From assembly GCA_963827755.1 (NCBI GenBank), contig CAWHCQ010000013.1, forward strand, positions 1 through 64,000: DNA of 64,000 nt. The letters run 5' to 3'. Source of the DNA: an uncultured Gammaproteobacteria bacterium. GTDB lineage: Bacteria > Pseudomonadota > Gammaproteobacteria > UBA9214. The position numbers and the translations under genes are program-made. Of the stretch, positions 1-10,504 are shown piece by piece. The notes beneath the pieces were generated by a model. The model searched no databases. It was not told the origin of the DNA and worked only from the letters and a program-made list of their open reading frames with translations. Numbering within the stretch: position 1 is the first letter of the stretch; each line of letters starts with the position of its first letter.

Positions 1-1242
1 CCGGTGAGGGCGGAGAACCGCTCGAATGGTCCCTCGAAGCCGCGTGGCCAAAGCACGTGCCAGGCGAAGAATACCGCGAGGTTGAGAATGACGCCGACCA
101 CGGCGGCGGTGATGCCGGTCAGTGGCGCGGTGAACTTGACGTCGTGTCGGGTCGCCTCCACCGCCGGTCCGCCGACAAGATGAACAGAAACGACGGCAGG
201 AAGGTGAAGACGGTCGCGACCGTCGCGCCGGCCACTCCGGCCAGCGGCAGGCTGTCCGGGCCGAACATCTCCTTGGTCCAGCCACCGACGAAGCCGACGA
301 AGGCGACCACCATGATCAGCGCCCGGGTTGGTTTCGCCCAGCGCCAGACCGTCGATCATCTGGGTGCCGGTGAGCCAGCCGTACTGCTCGACACCGCCCT
401 GGTAGACGTAGGGCAGCACCGCATAGGCGCCGCCGAAGGTCACCAGCGCCGCCTTGGTGAAGAACCAGCCCATCTGCGTGAGCGGGCCCTGCCAGCCGTA
501 GCCGTAGAGCGCACCCTCGACCAGCCCAGATGACCAGTCCGGCCAGCGATAGCTGATGACGTCGCGCGCCAGTGAAGCGGGCATGGCCGGTGCCGGAGTG
601 TCATCGTCGATGAGTGCCGGACCGAAGGACTTGTCGTGAGGCGCCGTGGCCGCCGCCGGCCTTGAATTTGTCCGGTGCGATACGTCCACCGAAGTAGCCG
701 ATGATACCGGCCGCCAGCACGATGTACGGGAAGGGCACTTGCAGGGCGAAGATGCCACGAAGGCGCGCCGCCGCCATCGCCCACAGCACGCCGTTGTGCA
801 GCGCCCGTGAGCCGATGCGATAGGCGGCGAATACGACGATCGCGGTCACTGCCGGCTTGATACCGTACAAAACACCGGCCACCGCCGGCACGTCGCCGTA
901 GGCCAGGTAGATCCAGGTCAGCGCGATCAGGATGAACAGCGACGGCAGCACGAACAGCACGCCGGCTGCAATGCCGCCCCGGGTGCCGTGCATCAGCCAG
1001 CCGATATAGGTCGCGAGTTGTTGCGCCTCCGGTCCCGGCAGCACCATGGTGTAGTTCAGCGCATGCAGAAAACGGTGCTCGGAGATCCAGCGGCGTCGTT
1101 CGACCAGTTCCTGGTGCATCATGCTGATCTGACCGGCCGGGCCGCCGAAACTGATAAACCCCAGTTTCAGCCAGTAGCCAAAGGCCTCGAAAAACGAAAC
1201 GGCTTGCGGGCGGCTGCCGGTGTCTTCTGTGATTGTTGACAT
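1..1242 (-). CDS. chrA: Chromate efflux transporter (CHR family), runs off the window start, broken by several frameshifts
   Basis: [16 protein letters not shown] and [15 protein letters not shown] motifs in ORF 601..1242; second-half motifs ([23 protein letters not shown]) in 119..313 in another frame. Confidence 0.9.
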
Positions 1243-1395
1243 ATTGAGGATTTATCCCGGGTTGTTCGTGCCTTCAGGCCTTCCCGGATTTCGCGGTGCT
1301 CATCGGGCTACATCAGTGGATGGGAAATATGTTCTGACACCTTCCGTCAAACGGCTTATTATACGGGTCCATACCTATTTAACACAGGATTTGCC

Positions 1396-2772
1396 GTGGC
1401 CATCAGCGTTTTCGATCTGTTCAGAATCGGCATCGGGCCTTCAAGCTCGCACACGGTCGGCCCGATGCGGGCCGCCGGGATGTTCGCGCGGGGGTTGCTC
1501 GAGTCCGGCCAGATGGACAGGCTTGCCCGCATCCAGGTCGGGCTGTTCGGCTCCCTGGGCGCAACCGGTAAAGGTCACGGTACCGACAAGGCGCTGATCC
1601 TGGGTCTCGAGGGAGAGCTGCCGGAGTCGGTTGATACCGATGCCATTCCCGCCCGGCTCGACAGGCTGGAGCAGGAAAAAAAGCTGCGCCTGCCCGGGGG
1701 GAAAGACCTTGCCTTCGACAGGCAACGCGACCTGGTTTTTCATAAAAACAGGCGGCTGCCTTTTCATCCCAACGGGATGATATTCCATGCCTTTGACAGT
1801 GACGGCCAGCCGATTCGAGAGCGCACCTATTACTCTGTCGGCGGTGGATTCGTCGTCAATGAAGCGGCTGCCGGTGAAGACCGGATCGTCGAGGACCAGT
1901 CCCGGCTGGCATTTCCTTTTACAACGGGTGTGAAACTGCTGGAGCACTGTACGGAGCAGGGCCTGTCGATCAGCCAGGTCATGCTGAAGAACGAACAGGC
2001 ATGGCGCACCGAAGCCGAAATAAGGACAGGCCTGCTGAATATCTGGAGTGTCATGCAGATGTGCGTCGAGCGTGGCTGCCACACCGAGGGTGTGCTGCCG
2101 GGTGGCTTGAAGGTGAAGCGCCGTGCGGCCCGCCTGAATCGCCAGTTGATCAACGAAAAGGAACTGCACACGGTGCCGCTGGGCACCATGGACTGGGTCA
2201 ACCTGTATGCCCTGGCGGTGAATGAAGAGAATGCAGCCGGTGGCCGGGTGGTGACGGCACCGACCAACGGTGCTGCCGGCATCATCCCCGCGGTGATGCA
2301 CTACTACTGGAAATTTTCACCCGGTTACAGTGAAGATGGCATTGTCCGCTTTCTGCTCACGGCCGCTGCCATCGGTATTCTCTACAAGGAGAATGCCTCC
2401 ATCTCCGGCGCGGAGGTCGGTTGCCAGGGGGAGGTTGGTTCGGCCTGTTCCATGGCCGCCGCTGCCCTGACCGAGGTCTCCGGCGGCACACCCGAACAGG
2501 TGGAGAACGCGGCCGAGATCGCCATGGAGCACAACCTCGGACTCACCTGCGATCCCGTCGGCGGGCTGGTACAGGTGCCCTGTATCGAACGCAACGCCAT
2601 GGGGGCGGTCAAGGCGATCAACGCCTCGCGCATGGCGCTGCGCGGTGACGGCACCCATTTCGTTTCCCTCGACAAGGTCATCAAGACCATGCGCGAAACC
2701 GGCGCCGACATGAAAACAAAATACAAGGAAACCGCCAGGGGCGGCCTGGCCGTGAACGTAATTGAGTGCTAG
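1396..2772 (+). CDS. sdaA: L-serine ammonia-lyase (Fe-S dependent)
   Basis: [56 protein letters not shown] motifs. Confidence 0.97.
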   Translation: MAISVFDLFRIGIGPSSSHTVGPMRAAGMFARGLLESGQMDRLARIQVGLFGSLGATGKGHGTDKALILGLEGELPESVDTDAIPARLDRLEQEKKLRLPGGKDLAFDRQRDLVFHKNRRLPFHPNGMIFHAFDSDGQPIRERTYYSVGGGFVVNEAAAGEDRIVEDQSRLAFPFTTGVKLLEHCTEQGLSISQVMLKNEQAWRTEAEIRTGLLNIWSVMQMCVERGCHTEGVLPGGLKVKRRAARLNRQLINEKELHTVPLGTMDWVNLYALAVNEENAAGGRVVTAPTNGAAGIIPAVMHYYWKFSPGYSEDGIVRFLLTAAAIGILYKENASISGAEVGCQGEVGSACSMAAAALTEVSGGTPEQVENAAEIAMEHNLGLTCDPVGGLVQVPCIERNAMGAVKAINASRMALRGDGTHFVSLDKVIKTMRETGADMKTKYKETARGGLAVNVIEC

Positions 2773-2839
2773 GCATTCCAACTGTCCGGTTGTGTCGGCT
2801 TACGGCTGCCTGCTGAGGCGGGCATCGGCGAGTGTACGG

Positions 2840-3568
2840 ATGTGCGCACGCAGCCTGCTGCTGGTATTGCTGTTGCCGGCTCCTGTGACGCCTGCGCAAC
2901 CTTCCGCGCAGATTGAGGCAGGCAGGTTTTCCCCGAGCAGTATTGCCGAAGCCCTGCCGCAAGACTGGCAGCCATTGTTCTTCAGCAAGATTGCACGGCA
3001 TAGCGAATATTCCCTGGTGGAAGATGCCGGCACGGTCGTCATCAAGGCCGTCAGCGAGCAGTCCGCTTCCGGGTTGACGCGGCCGATTTCTATCGATCCG
3101 GCAGCCTACCCCGTCATTCGCTGGCGCTGGAAGGTCAATAATATCCTGCAAAAGGGCGACGTCACGCGCAGGGACGGCGACGACTATCCCGCCAGGATTT
3201 ATATCAGCTTTGTCTTCGATCCGGACAGGGCCGGCTACTGGGCGCGGCTGGAACACAAGGCGGCGCAGCTTCTCCGCGGGGGGGATGTCCCCTACCGGGC
3301 GATCTCCTATATCTGGGGAAGCGGCAGCCCCGCCGGTACCATGGTGGCGAATGCCTACACGGACCGGGTCATGATGTTCGTCGTCCAGAGTGGGCCTGAC
3401 AATGTGCAGCAATGGGTCATGCAGGAGCGCGATGTCTACGCGGACTACAAAAAGGCCTTTGGCGAGGAGCCGACGATGATTTCCGGCGTGGCCATTATGA
3501 CGGATACCGACAATACTCGGGAGTCGGCCGTCGCCTGGTATGGCGACATCGTCTTCAGCAGCAGGTAG
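2840..3568 (+). CDS. DUF3047 family exported protein
   Basis: Signal peptide; WRWKV, GDDYPARIY, AIMTDTDNT...AWYGDI motifs. Confidence 0.85.
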   Translation: MCARSLLLVLLLPAPVTPAQPSAQIEAGRFSPSSIAEALPQDWQPLFFSKIARHSEYSLVEDAGTVVIKAVSEQSASGLTRPISIDPAAYPVIRWRWKVNNILQKGDVTRRDGDDYPARIYISFVFDPDRAGYWARLEHKAAQLLRGGDVPYRAISYIWGSGSPAGTMVANAYTDRVMMFVVQSGPDNVQQWVMQERDVYADYKKAFGEEPTMISGVAIMTDTDNTRESAVAWYGDIVFSSR

Positions 3569-3582
3569 GGCGTTGAAAATTG

Positions 3583-3987
3583 TCAGTCAGGTTTCACCGC
3601 CAGCTTGCCGCTGCCGAGGAAGATGACTGCGACAGCGCAAAACAGGTAGAACGCCTGTAACTCGATCCGCCAGCCGCCATGATCGGTCAGGGCGAGCAGG
3701 TCGCCGGAATGCACCAGCAGGATAGCAAACACCATGTTGATAGCGACCAGCAGGCCGCCGATGCGGGAATAGATACCGATAATGATCATCAGTGGTGCAA
3801 TGATTTCACCGATATACACACCATTGGCAATCGCCCCCGGCAGCCCGGCGCCGGTGAGGGTGCTGCTGATAAAGTCGACGGAACCCGGGTGCAGCAGCTT
3901 GTTGACACCATGGAACAGTATGAGGATTCCAAGAGTCAGGCGCAGGACCAGTTTGCCGACAGCATCGTTATTCATCAGTTCATACAT
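3583..3987 (-). CDS. DoxX family membrane protein
   Basis: LRLTLGILILFHG.KL, four hydrophobic segments, GGWRIELQAFY..GSGK. Confidence 0.9.
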   Translation of the reverse strand: MYELMNNDAVGKLVLRLTLGILILFHGVNKLLHPGSVDFISSTLTGAGLPGAIANGVYIGEIIAPLMIIIGIYSRIGGLLVAINMVFAILLVHSGDLLALTDHGGWRIELQAFYLFCAVAVIFLGSGKLAVKPD

Positions 3988-4107
3988 GTTGTTTTCCCCA
4001 GGGTAATAACAAGGGCGTCAGTACACCCCCGTTCCGACTATATTATGAAACTATGTGCTGCAACGCCATTTTTTTGTCTAAAAGCTGTTTTATACGTTGG
4101 CCCGCCC

Positions 4108-4135
4108 AAAAAAAGGCCCCTGGTTGAGGGGCCTT
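4108..4135 (-). terminator. Rho-independent terminator after the qmoA/hdrB relic
   Basis: aaggcccct-ggttg-aggggcctt stem; adjacent A-run reads as a U-tail on the minus strand. Confidence 0.7.
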
Positions 4136-4159
4136 GACATCGTTTTGTAAAGACGAGGT

Positions 4160-4612
4160 TTACTTCCCGGCAATCGCTTCCAGCTGCTTCGCCTTGATCA
4201 TCTGGCCATCCAGGCCGGCTTCCTTGCCGCTCTTGCCGTAGGCGACGCTCATCAGCGTCGAGTAGTGCACGACCGGCATAGTGCAGTTGTCGTTAACAAA
4301 GCGCGGGGCGGTCTTCAGCGTGACGCTGTAGTTGCCGGTCTCGCCGCTGACGGCGGAGACCTCGGTCATGGTGAGGATGTTCAGGTTGCGGTTCGCCTTG
4401 ACGCGGCGCAGGTTGATCTCCATGCCGCAGGACGGGAAGCACAGCTTCGGAAAGTACTTGTAGAGCTGGCTGACCCGGCCGCCGAGGGACGGGTTCTTCT
4501 CGATGAGAATGACCTGCTTGCCGCACTCGGCCGCCTCGATGGCGGCAGTGACGCCGCTGATGCCGCCTCCCACCACCAGGATCGTCTGGTTGGTTGCGAT
4601 TACATCCGACAT
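4160..4612 (-). pseudogene. Chimeric relic: QmoA/HdrA-like N-terminus fused in frame to an HdrB-like C-terminus
   Basis: ILVVGGGISGVTAAIEAAE..IEKNPSLGGRV..KYFPKLC.P.CGMEIN (QmoA-like) ends at NDNCT; then MPVVHYSTLMSVAYG..EAGLD (HdrB-like tail); only 150 aa. Confidence 0.7.
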
Positions 4613-5202
4613 TGATAGCCTCCAGAACGCCTGTTGGCGCTGATAACTGACTTAATTCTATGTGGTTATTGACGCATCCCCCGGGCGGTTCAGGATCTGT
4701 CCAGCCGGGGAGCCTTGCCTCTGGCGGTGTGCGGGGAGTAACCGATAACAGGCCGATAACAATACAGCCTCTGTCATGGGTGCGCCATATTGCAGAGGGC
4801 GAAGTAATATCGAATATTGCAATGCCGAAATAGATTAAATGTATTAAGGATAAAGCCCCCCACAACTGTGTAAATCCAGCCACCCCCCTGCAGGATCCAA
4901 TCCGCGATCAGCACCGAAACCACCCCCTGTGTTCTCCGACCCCTCTACGGATGATGCTGAGATGTTGGTGGCGGTGCATGATTTGAGTGCGGCGGTTTTT
5001 TGAATGAAAGGGGTCCCCTTTTGTTTTCGACCACAAGCGATGCGATGAGGTGGTCAAGGTGTTTTCGCACCGCCGTTCCCTGTCAAAGCCGCCTGGTTAT
5101 TTTGGCGACGCTGTCTCTTCGTCACCGAACTCTGTTGTTGGCTTCACGACCTTCTCATTAATGCCCCGGCAGGCGCTGTCGGTTCTGACGGGCAGACGTT
5201 TT

Positions 5203-5229
5203 TAAAGTTACGCGCTATCTGGCCGATAG
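5203..5229 (+). promoter_or_regulatory. Putative sigma28 (FliA)-type promoter
   Basis: TAAA-N15-GCCGATAG. Confidence 0.6.
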
Positions 5230-5294
5230 AGGAATTAGTATATTAGCTATTCAGTAATTTAGAAAAGTATACTATACTGATATGCAATGTCGTT

Positions 5295-5750
5295 ATGCGT
5301 GAACTCTTAATCAACAGTTATGAGGCAAATGTAATGAAAACAGATGCTTATTCATCATCCAGGGCGGATGAATCACCCCTTTCCTTTCAGGTGCCCGTAA
5401 GAAATGAGGCCGGGTTTTGTGCGCAGCCCGGGTGTTCCTGCGGTAAAAGCGTCATTCCAAAGGGTACCGGGTATCTGCACATTAGCGAGAAGGTGGTGGA
5501 TTTCAGGAAAGATTGTCCGTCGCCCAAAGACCTTCTCTACAAGCTCAACAAGATGCTGGCTGACCTGGGGTGCTTCGGGACGGTTGAGCTGGACCATGGC
5601 GTGCTGTACCCGCAGTTGCTTTGTAAAGAGGCAGCGATCGGGCGTCAACTCAGTCTGGAAGTTGCCGCGAAAGATGCAGAGAATTGGTGGAATACCGGTG
5701 AGGTGCCGTTGCGTTCAAATGAAGGGGGGTCAGATCCCAATTTTCCCTAA
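5295..5750 (+). CDS. Hypothetical Cys-containing protein (start may be 5334)
   Basis: 151-aa ORF with CAQPGCSC cluster; sigma28-like promoter upstream. Confidence 0.65.
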   Translation: MRELLINSYEANVMKTDAYSSSRADESPLSFQVPVRNEAGFCAQPGCSCGKSVIPKGTGYLHISEKVVDFRKDCPSPKDLLYKLNKMLADLGCFGTVELDHGVLYPQLLCKEAAIGRQLSLEVAAKDAENWWNTGEVPLRSNEGGSDPNFP

Positions 5751-6462
5751 TATAGAATCATAATAATCTGACCTGGTTCGTTGCAGAGCTATGCTGTAAC
5801 CAGGTTTATCTTCAAACGACGTTCACACGGAAGTGAGCCATGCCACGAAAGCCGCGGTTTCAATTGCCCGGTATCCCGCAACACATCGTTCAACGCGGTA
5901 ATAACCGCGATCCGTGTTTCTTTGCAGAAGCGGATTATCGGCGCTATCTTGAAGACCTCGGGAATACGCTTGAGGCCAATCGATGCGATCTGCATGCCTG
6001 TGTACTGATGACATTACATGTGCATTTACTCATTATCCCGCAGACCGGGTATGGGCTCTCTCATACCATGCAGGATACGGGGCGTCGCTATGTCAGTTAT
6101 ATCAATCGCAGCTATCGTAGAACCGGCACACTCCGGGAAGGGCGCTACAAGGCCAGCCTGGTGGACAGTGAGGCGTATTTGCTTATCTGCCTGCGCTACC
6201 TTGAAAAGAATCCGGTCAGGGCCGCCAATTGGCTTGCCGGGAGCTGTTTCGCCACGCTATTGGTGCAGATTGCCTGCATCAGCTTCGTGAGAGCCTGAAA
6301 CAGGACCTGGTGCTGGGGCGGAAGGTCTTCAAGGACAGGATTGCGCACATAACCCGCCGCCAGGTGCGGCGCGGGAAAAACGGGCGACCGGGCGTGCAAG
6401 ATGAAATAGGTGAGTACACGGCGGGCGAGTCGAGTATATTAGGGAAAACTGGGATCTGACCC
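5727..6462 (+). mobile_element. Degraded REP-associated tyrosine transposase (RAYT, HUH Y1) flanked by 28-bp inverted repeats
   Basis: ORF 5840..6298: HIVQRGNNR..CFF, CVLMTLHVHLL (HUH), GRYKASLVDSEAYL, NPVRA; C-terminus (KDRIAHITRRQVRRGKNGRP) in another frame; IRs 5727-5754 and 6435-6462 with one mismatch. Confidence 0.85.
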
Positions 6463-6491
6463 ACTCAATCGATAAACAGAGGAGCTCCATA

Positions 6492-7058
6492 ATGCGACAT
6501 AAAATCGTAACAAGCAGTGCGGTTATATTGATGACTGGCATGCTGCTGGCAAGCACTGCCCATGCCGTTGACTTCGGGAATGTGATGAATCCCTCGAAGT
6601 GGATGGGCGGCAACAAGAATAAGAACGACGATCGCTACTATGATGATTACTATGACGATCCCCGTTATGGTGGTTATGGTCCGGGACAGGGTTATGGCGG
6701 TGCGCCCGGCTATGGCGGTGCCCCCGGCTATGGCGGTGCCCCCGGCTATGGCAGTGACCCCGGCTACGGCGGTGCCCCCGGTTATGGCGGTGCCCCCGGT
6801 TATGGCGGTGCCCCCGGTTATGGCGGCGCGCCCGGTTATGGCGGTGCCCCCGGTTATGGCGGCGCCCCCGGTTATGGCGGCGCCCCCGGCTATGGCGGTG
6901 CCCCCGGTTATGGCGGTGCACCCGGCGCGAGCGCACCGCCAGATGCCGGGAGTGCCGCTGAGATTAAACGTTTGAAGGAGCGTATCAGGAAGCTGGAAGA
7001 GGCCAATAATCCGGCAACAATGCAGCCCTGGCCCGCTCCGCAGGGTAGTTATCAGTAG
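6492..7058 (+). CDS. Secreted Gly/Tyr/Pro-rich repeat protein, possibly sulfur-globule-protein-like
   Basis: AGGAG RBS; signal peptide ending AHA; Asp/Tyr-rich stretch; 13 GYGGAP-type units; short C-terminal coiled coil. Confidence 0.75.
   Translation: MRHKIVTSSAVILMTGMLLASTAHAVDFGNVMNPSKWMGGNKNKNDDRYYDDYYDDPRYGGYGPGQGYGGAPGYGGAPGYGGAPGYGSDPGYGGAPGYGGAPGYGGAPGYGGAPGYGGAPGYGGAPGYGGAPGYGGAPGYGGAPGASAPPDAGSAAEIKRLKERIRKLEEANNPATMQPWPAPQGSYQ
6690..6923 (+). repeat. 18-bp coding tandem repeat x13
   Basis: Unit ggYtatggcggYgcNccc, 234 bp, mostly synonymous variation, one GYGSDP variant. Confidence 0.95.
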
Positions 7059-7126
7059 CGCAGGGCCATTCCGACCGAGACTTCGGGTGTGGTTGTTTCT
7101 ACAATACCTCCGTCCCCTATCGTCCA

Positions 7127-7993
7127 CTATCGCTTGCGAAAAGCCGACTCCAGCAGCTCGAATGAAAAACCGCCGGAGGCCTCGTGGCCGGTTGAGAAGC
7201 GATAGAGCGCCGCCGAATAAATACCCGACAGCGCCGACTGCACGGCCACGACAAACAGAAATGACGGTATCGCAATGACCGCCAATACCACCAACCCGAC
7301 CGGCAGGCCGGAACCTTCCATTCCGCCCGCCGGTGTGAGCGGAATGGCGATGACGGAAAAGAACGCGAGCAAGATAAAATAGATCAGGACAAAAATCGCG
7401 CCGAGGCCCAGGTGGCCGATAATATTCTCGCCCCAGGACTTCTTCAGGAGCAGCGCGCTTTCCCTGACGGCGTCCACAGGTCCGATATCCCGGTTGACCA
7501 GCACCGGGACTACGAGAAAACTGGCGGCGGTCCAGGACGCACCCAGCACGCCGATCACGATCTTGCCAATGCCGCCCACGCGCCGTTCAATGGCCTGCAG
7601 TATCACCCCGACAGTCGCGGCGATAATCGCATAGCCAAGGATTGCTCCCGTCCGTTCTCCTGCGATACGCAGCCCGTCGCCCACGGTCGGGTCCTGACCG
7701 TCGAGGCGCATCATCGCCGCACCGACCAGCGCTGTATTGAAAAAGAAGATCACGAAATAAAGCACGATATAGAAAGCGAACACGCCCGCGAAAAAGCCAG
7801 GCGGCATCTGCTCGCCCGGCTGCATTTCCGGTGCGTTCGGCATCCAGAGAAAAAGCGGTACCATGAAGCTCGCGGCCACCAGCAGCGCCGCCAGTGACGA
7901 TAAAACCGGGAACCAGAGCAGCTCGCTGTCTTGCTTGAGAACGTCCAGGCTGGACTTGAACAGCTGCCAGCTGTTGGAGAATCGCTTGAACAT
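7127..7993 (-). CDS. Multi-pass membrane protein (DUF6159-like)
   Basis: SW.L.KSS..VL.QD.ELLWFP, FFNTALV, DPTVGDGL, SA.LLKKSWGE. Confidence 0.75.
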   Translation of the reverse strand: MFKRFSNSWQLFKSSLDVLKQDSELLWFPVLSSLAALLVAASFMVPLFLWMPNAPEMQPGEQMPPGFFAGVFAFYIVLYFVIFFFNTALVGAAMMRLDGQDPTVGDGLRIAGERTGAILGYAIIAATVGVILQAIERRVGGIGKIVIGVLGASWTAASFLVVPVLVNRDIGPVDAVRESALLLKKSWGENIIGHLGLGAIFVLIYFILLAFFSVIAIPLTPAGGMEGSGLPVGLVVLAVIAIPSFLFVVAVQSALSGIYSAALYRFSTGHEASGGFSFELLESAFRKR

Positions 7994-8175
7994 ATTTATG
8001 TGCTCCTGTGCGGGCTTCGAGGCGTCAGGATACTTGAAGCGCAGCTCTGAGAGAAATGCGTGAATCAAATAATTCGTGAATGTAAGTTAAAAGGCACTGA
8101 CTCCGTCAATTCATTTGTTTCCAGGATAGTATTAGAAGGTTTTTTGACACTCTTTAATCCAGGAGGACAGCGCTG

Positions 8176-8255
8176 ATGACTACTTTAGTGGTTGGAGCGA
8201 CAGGCAAGACAGGGCAGCCACTGGTGGAACAGTTACTGGGCAGGAATCACAAGAA
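8176..8255 (+). pseudogene. N-terminal relic of an NAD(P)H-binding (SDR/NmrA-like) protein
   Basis: AGGAGG RBS then MTTLVVGATGKTGQPLVEQLLGRNH (GxxGxxG); similarity ends after about 25 aa. Confidence 0.65.
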
Positions 8256-8375
8256 GAAAGACTGGCGGGGTATATTTTTACCTTTAACCAGTGGTAAATG
8301 TGTCCCGATTCACCGCGGTATTTTGCAGGCTGGTTCTGCCGGAACAAATAGATCCACCCTCTTGAAAAAATTCAC

Positions 8376-9565
8376 TTATAACTGGCTCAGTATCATTGCG
8401 CCACCCAGGTAGGTGCCGATTGCCGAACCCAGCGTCGTCAACGCAAACACCAGCAGGGTTCTGGTGACCTGGTTCTTTCTCCAGCCGCCCGGGCTGGCCG
8501 CATCGTCGCGCAAATTCACAAAGTCGGCCACCCTGGGCTTGCGCACTCTTGCTTCCACCAGCCCGCAGACCATACCTGCGCCCAGCATCGGGTTCAGTGA
8601 TGTAATCGGCGCCGCGACGATTGCCGTCAGCAGCGTCAGGGGATGCGCCCCGGCCAGCAGCGCGCCGATACCGGACAGGCCGCTGTTCAGAACCACCCAG
8701 TCTGTCATCATTCGCAGGCCGAGCTCGGGGCTTCTGGAGAAACCAATCCCGAAACCCAGCAGAATCAGGCCAACCACAAGCCAGGGAATGACTTTAAAAA
8801 AACTGAAACCGGGTTTGACCTCGTTGAGTGTCTGCAAGGTTGCGGAAGCATTGCCGCTATGTTCAACCAGGTAGCGACTCATGCCCGCCACGTGTCCGGC
8901 ACCGACAACAACCAGCATGCGCCGGGGCTTGTCTGTCTCAGCCAGTTGTTGCAGGCGTGCCGCCATGTAGCGGTCACGCTCCTGTATCAAAGGGACATAA
9001 AGATCCGGTGACTTGTTGGCAAACTCGGTCAGCGCTGATTCCAGCATGTCGCCTTCCTTGAGTTTATTGATGGCCTCCTCACTGAGTTTTTCGCGGCTCA
9101 GTACGCTGTTCAACAGGCCGGCAAACATTTCAAGCGCGTGCCATAGCGACAGGCTTTTATAAACCCGCTTCAGGGTGATGCCGATATCCCGGTCTATCAG
9201 GAACAAATCCAGGTTCGCGGCATCTGCATTTTCAATGGCCGCCTTCATATCTGCGCCCGGCGTGATATCAAAGTCCTTCTGCAAGACGTTTCTGGTAGGC
9301 GCCGAGTGCCAGGTTCGCCATCATCATGCCGGTCTTGCCCTGGCGGATGACCTGCCACAGATCCGTGTTGGCAAATCGCTCGGGGTTGCGCATGTTTTTA
9401 TAGCGGTTTTCACAAAGCTCGATGGCGACGGCATCAAAATCGCCACTGGCAATTTCCGCCTTCACCTGTGCCGCGCTTTGTTTTGAAATATGTGCGGTAC
9501 CCAGTAAAACGCACTCCGTGTTCCCGACCCGGATGTGCTTGAATAGCCTGTTTATTACTATCCAT
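8376..9565 (-). CDS. TraB/GumN (pheromone-shutdown TraB-like) protein, frameshifted near 9280 and near the start
   Basis: LLGTAHISKQS, AVAIELCENR, PGADMKAAI, LIDRDIGITLKR, LIQERDRYMA, VVVGAGHVAG, C-terminal TMs. Confidence 0.85.
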
Positions 9566-9780
9566 AATCACAAGTTATCGGCAAAATATCTTCAGGCTAA
9601 AGGCATTAAAGGGGCTGGATACATTTATTCAAGCGGAATCAGCCTGGTCAGTCTCGATTGATCAGCTGAAAATATAAACAGACAGATGTATTTTCTGCCT
9701 GGCGCCTTTTCCTGCCTCCCGGAAATCAACGGGTATAGCTGGTGTAGACTGGACCTGGTTCCTGTATTCATATCCGGGTA

Positions 9781-10452
9781 ATGCACATGGATATTCCAGC
9801 TGGCCTGCTGCCCCAGGCATGGCACTGGGCCGCAGCCCTGCTTTACGGCTTGATTCTGCTGCTGGCGCTGACGCGTGCCCCGTGGCACAAGATCGGCGAC
9901 AACGAGGCCTCGCATGTCTATTTCGGCGCCATCGTCCTGGTGATCGTGCTGTGGATCCTGCGTGGCGGCATCCAGCCCGGCCTTAATTACCACCTGCTGG
10001 GAATGACCGCGCTGTGCCTGATGTTCGAGTGGCAGTTTGCCCTGTTTGCCGCCAGCCTGGTGCTGGCGTTCACCACCTGGCAGGGCGAGGCCGGCTGGCA
10101 GGCCTTTGGCATCAATGCACTGCTCATGGGCGCCTTGCCCATTTTCTTTACCCGCGGCTTCCTGTATGTCTGCCAGCGCCGGCTGCCGCACAATTTCTTC
10201 ATCTATATCTTTATCAATTCCTTCCTGGCTGCCGCACTGTCCATGCTGCTGGCATGCCTTGGCTCGGCGACCGTGCAGCAGCTTGCCGGTGCGCAACCGC
10301 CGGGTAGCATCAGCAATAACTTCCTGCAGATTCTGCCCATGCTGATGTTCGGTGAAGCCTTCATGAACGGTTTCGCCATGACGCTGGTGGTCGCCTACAA
10401 ACCGCGGTGGGTGGCGACGTTCCATGACAGCCTGTACCTGGAGGGGAAGTAG
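9781..10452 (+). CDS. Energy-coupling-factor transporter S-component-like permease (CbiM-like)
   Basis: MHM N-terminus, HLLGMT, multiple TMs, EAFMNG..VAYKP.WV.TF.D..YL. Confidence 0.8.
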   Translation: MHMDIPAGLLPQAWHWAAALLYGLILLLALTRAPWHKIGDNEASHVYFGAIVLVIVLWILRGGIQPGLNYHLLGMTALCLMFEWQFALFAASLVLAFTTWQGEAGWQAFGINALLMGALPIFFTRGFLYVCQRRLPHNFFIYIFINSFLAAALSMLLACLGSATVQQLAGAQPPGSISNNFLQILPMLMFGEAFMNGFAMTLVVAYKPRWVATFHDSLYLEGK

Positions 10453-10504
10453 ACGGATTATAGATTGGCCAAATAGATTTAATGTAAATTCTGTCCGGCC
10501 CCTT

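Noticed and set aside
1-800. chrA as a true pseudogene or programmed frameshift
   Set aside because: Several single-base indels in otherwise well-conserved sequence; similar indels elsewhere (9280, 12845, 16205) point to sequencing error; cannot be settled without reads
4620-5200. Riboswitch or ncRNA in the long intergenic region
   Set aside because: Some hairpin potential, but no recognisable c-di-GMP, cobalamin or other aptamer consensus by eye; an Rfam scan would be needed
6690-6923. Regular repeat array as a CRISPR
   Set aside because: Contiguous 18-bp in-frame units with no spacers and no cas genes
9576-9602. Fifth sigma28 promoter upstream of the TraB-like gene
   Set aside because: GCCGATAA is present but the -35 (TTTA) is poor and the box is very close to the start codon
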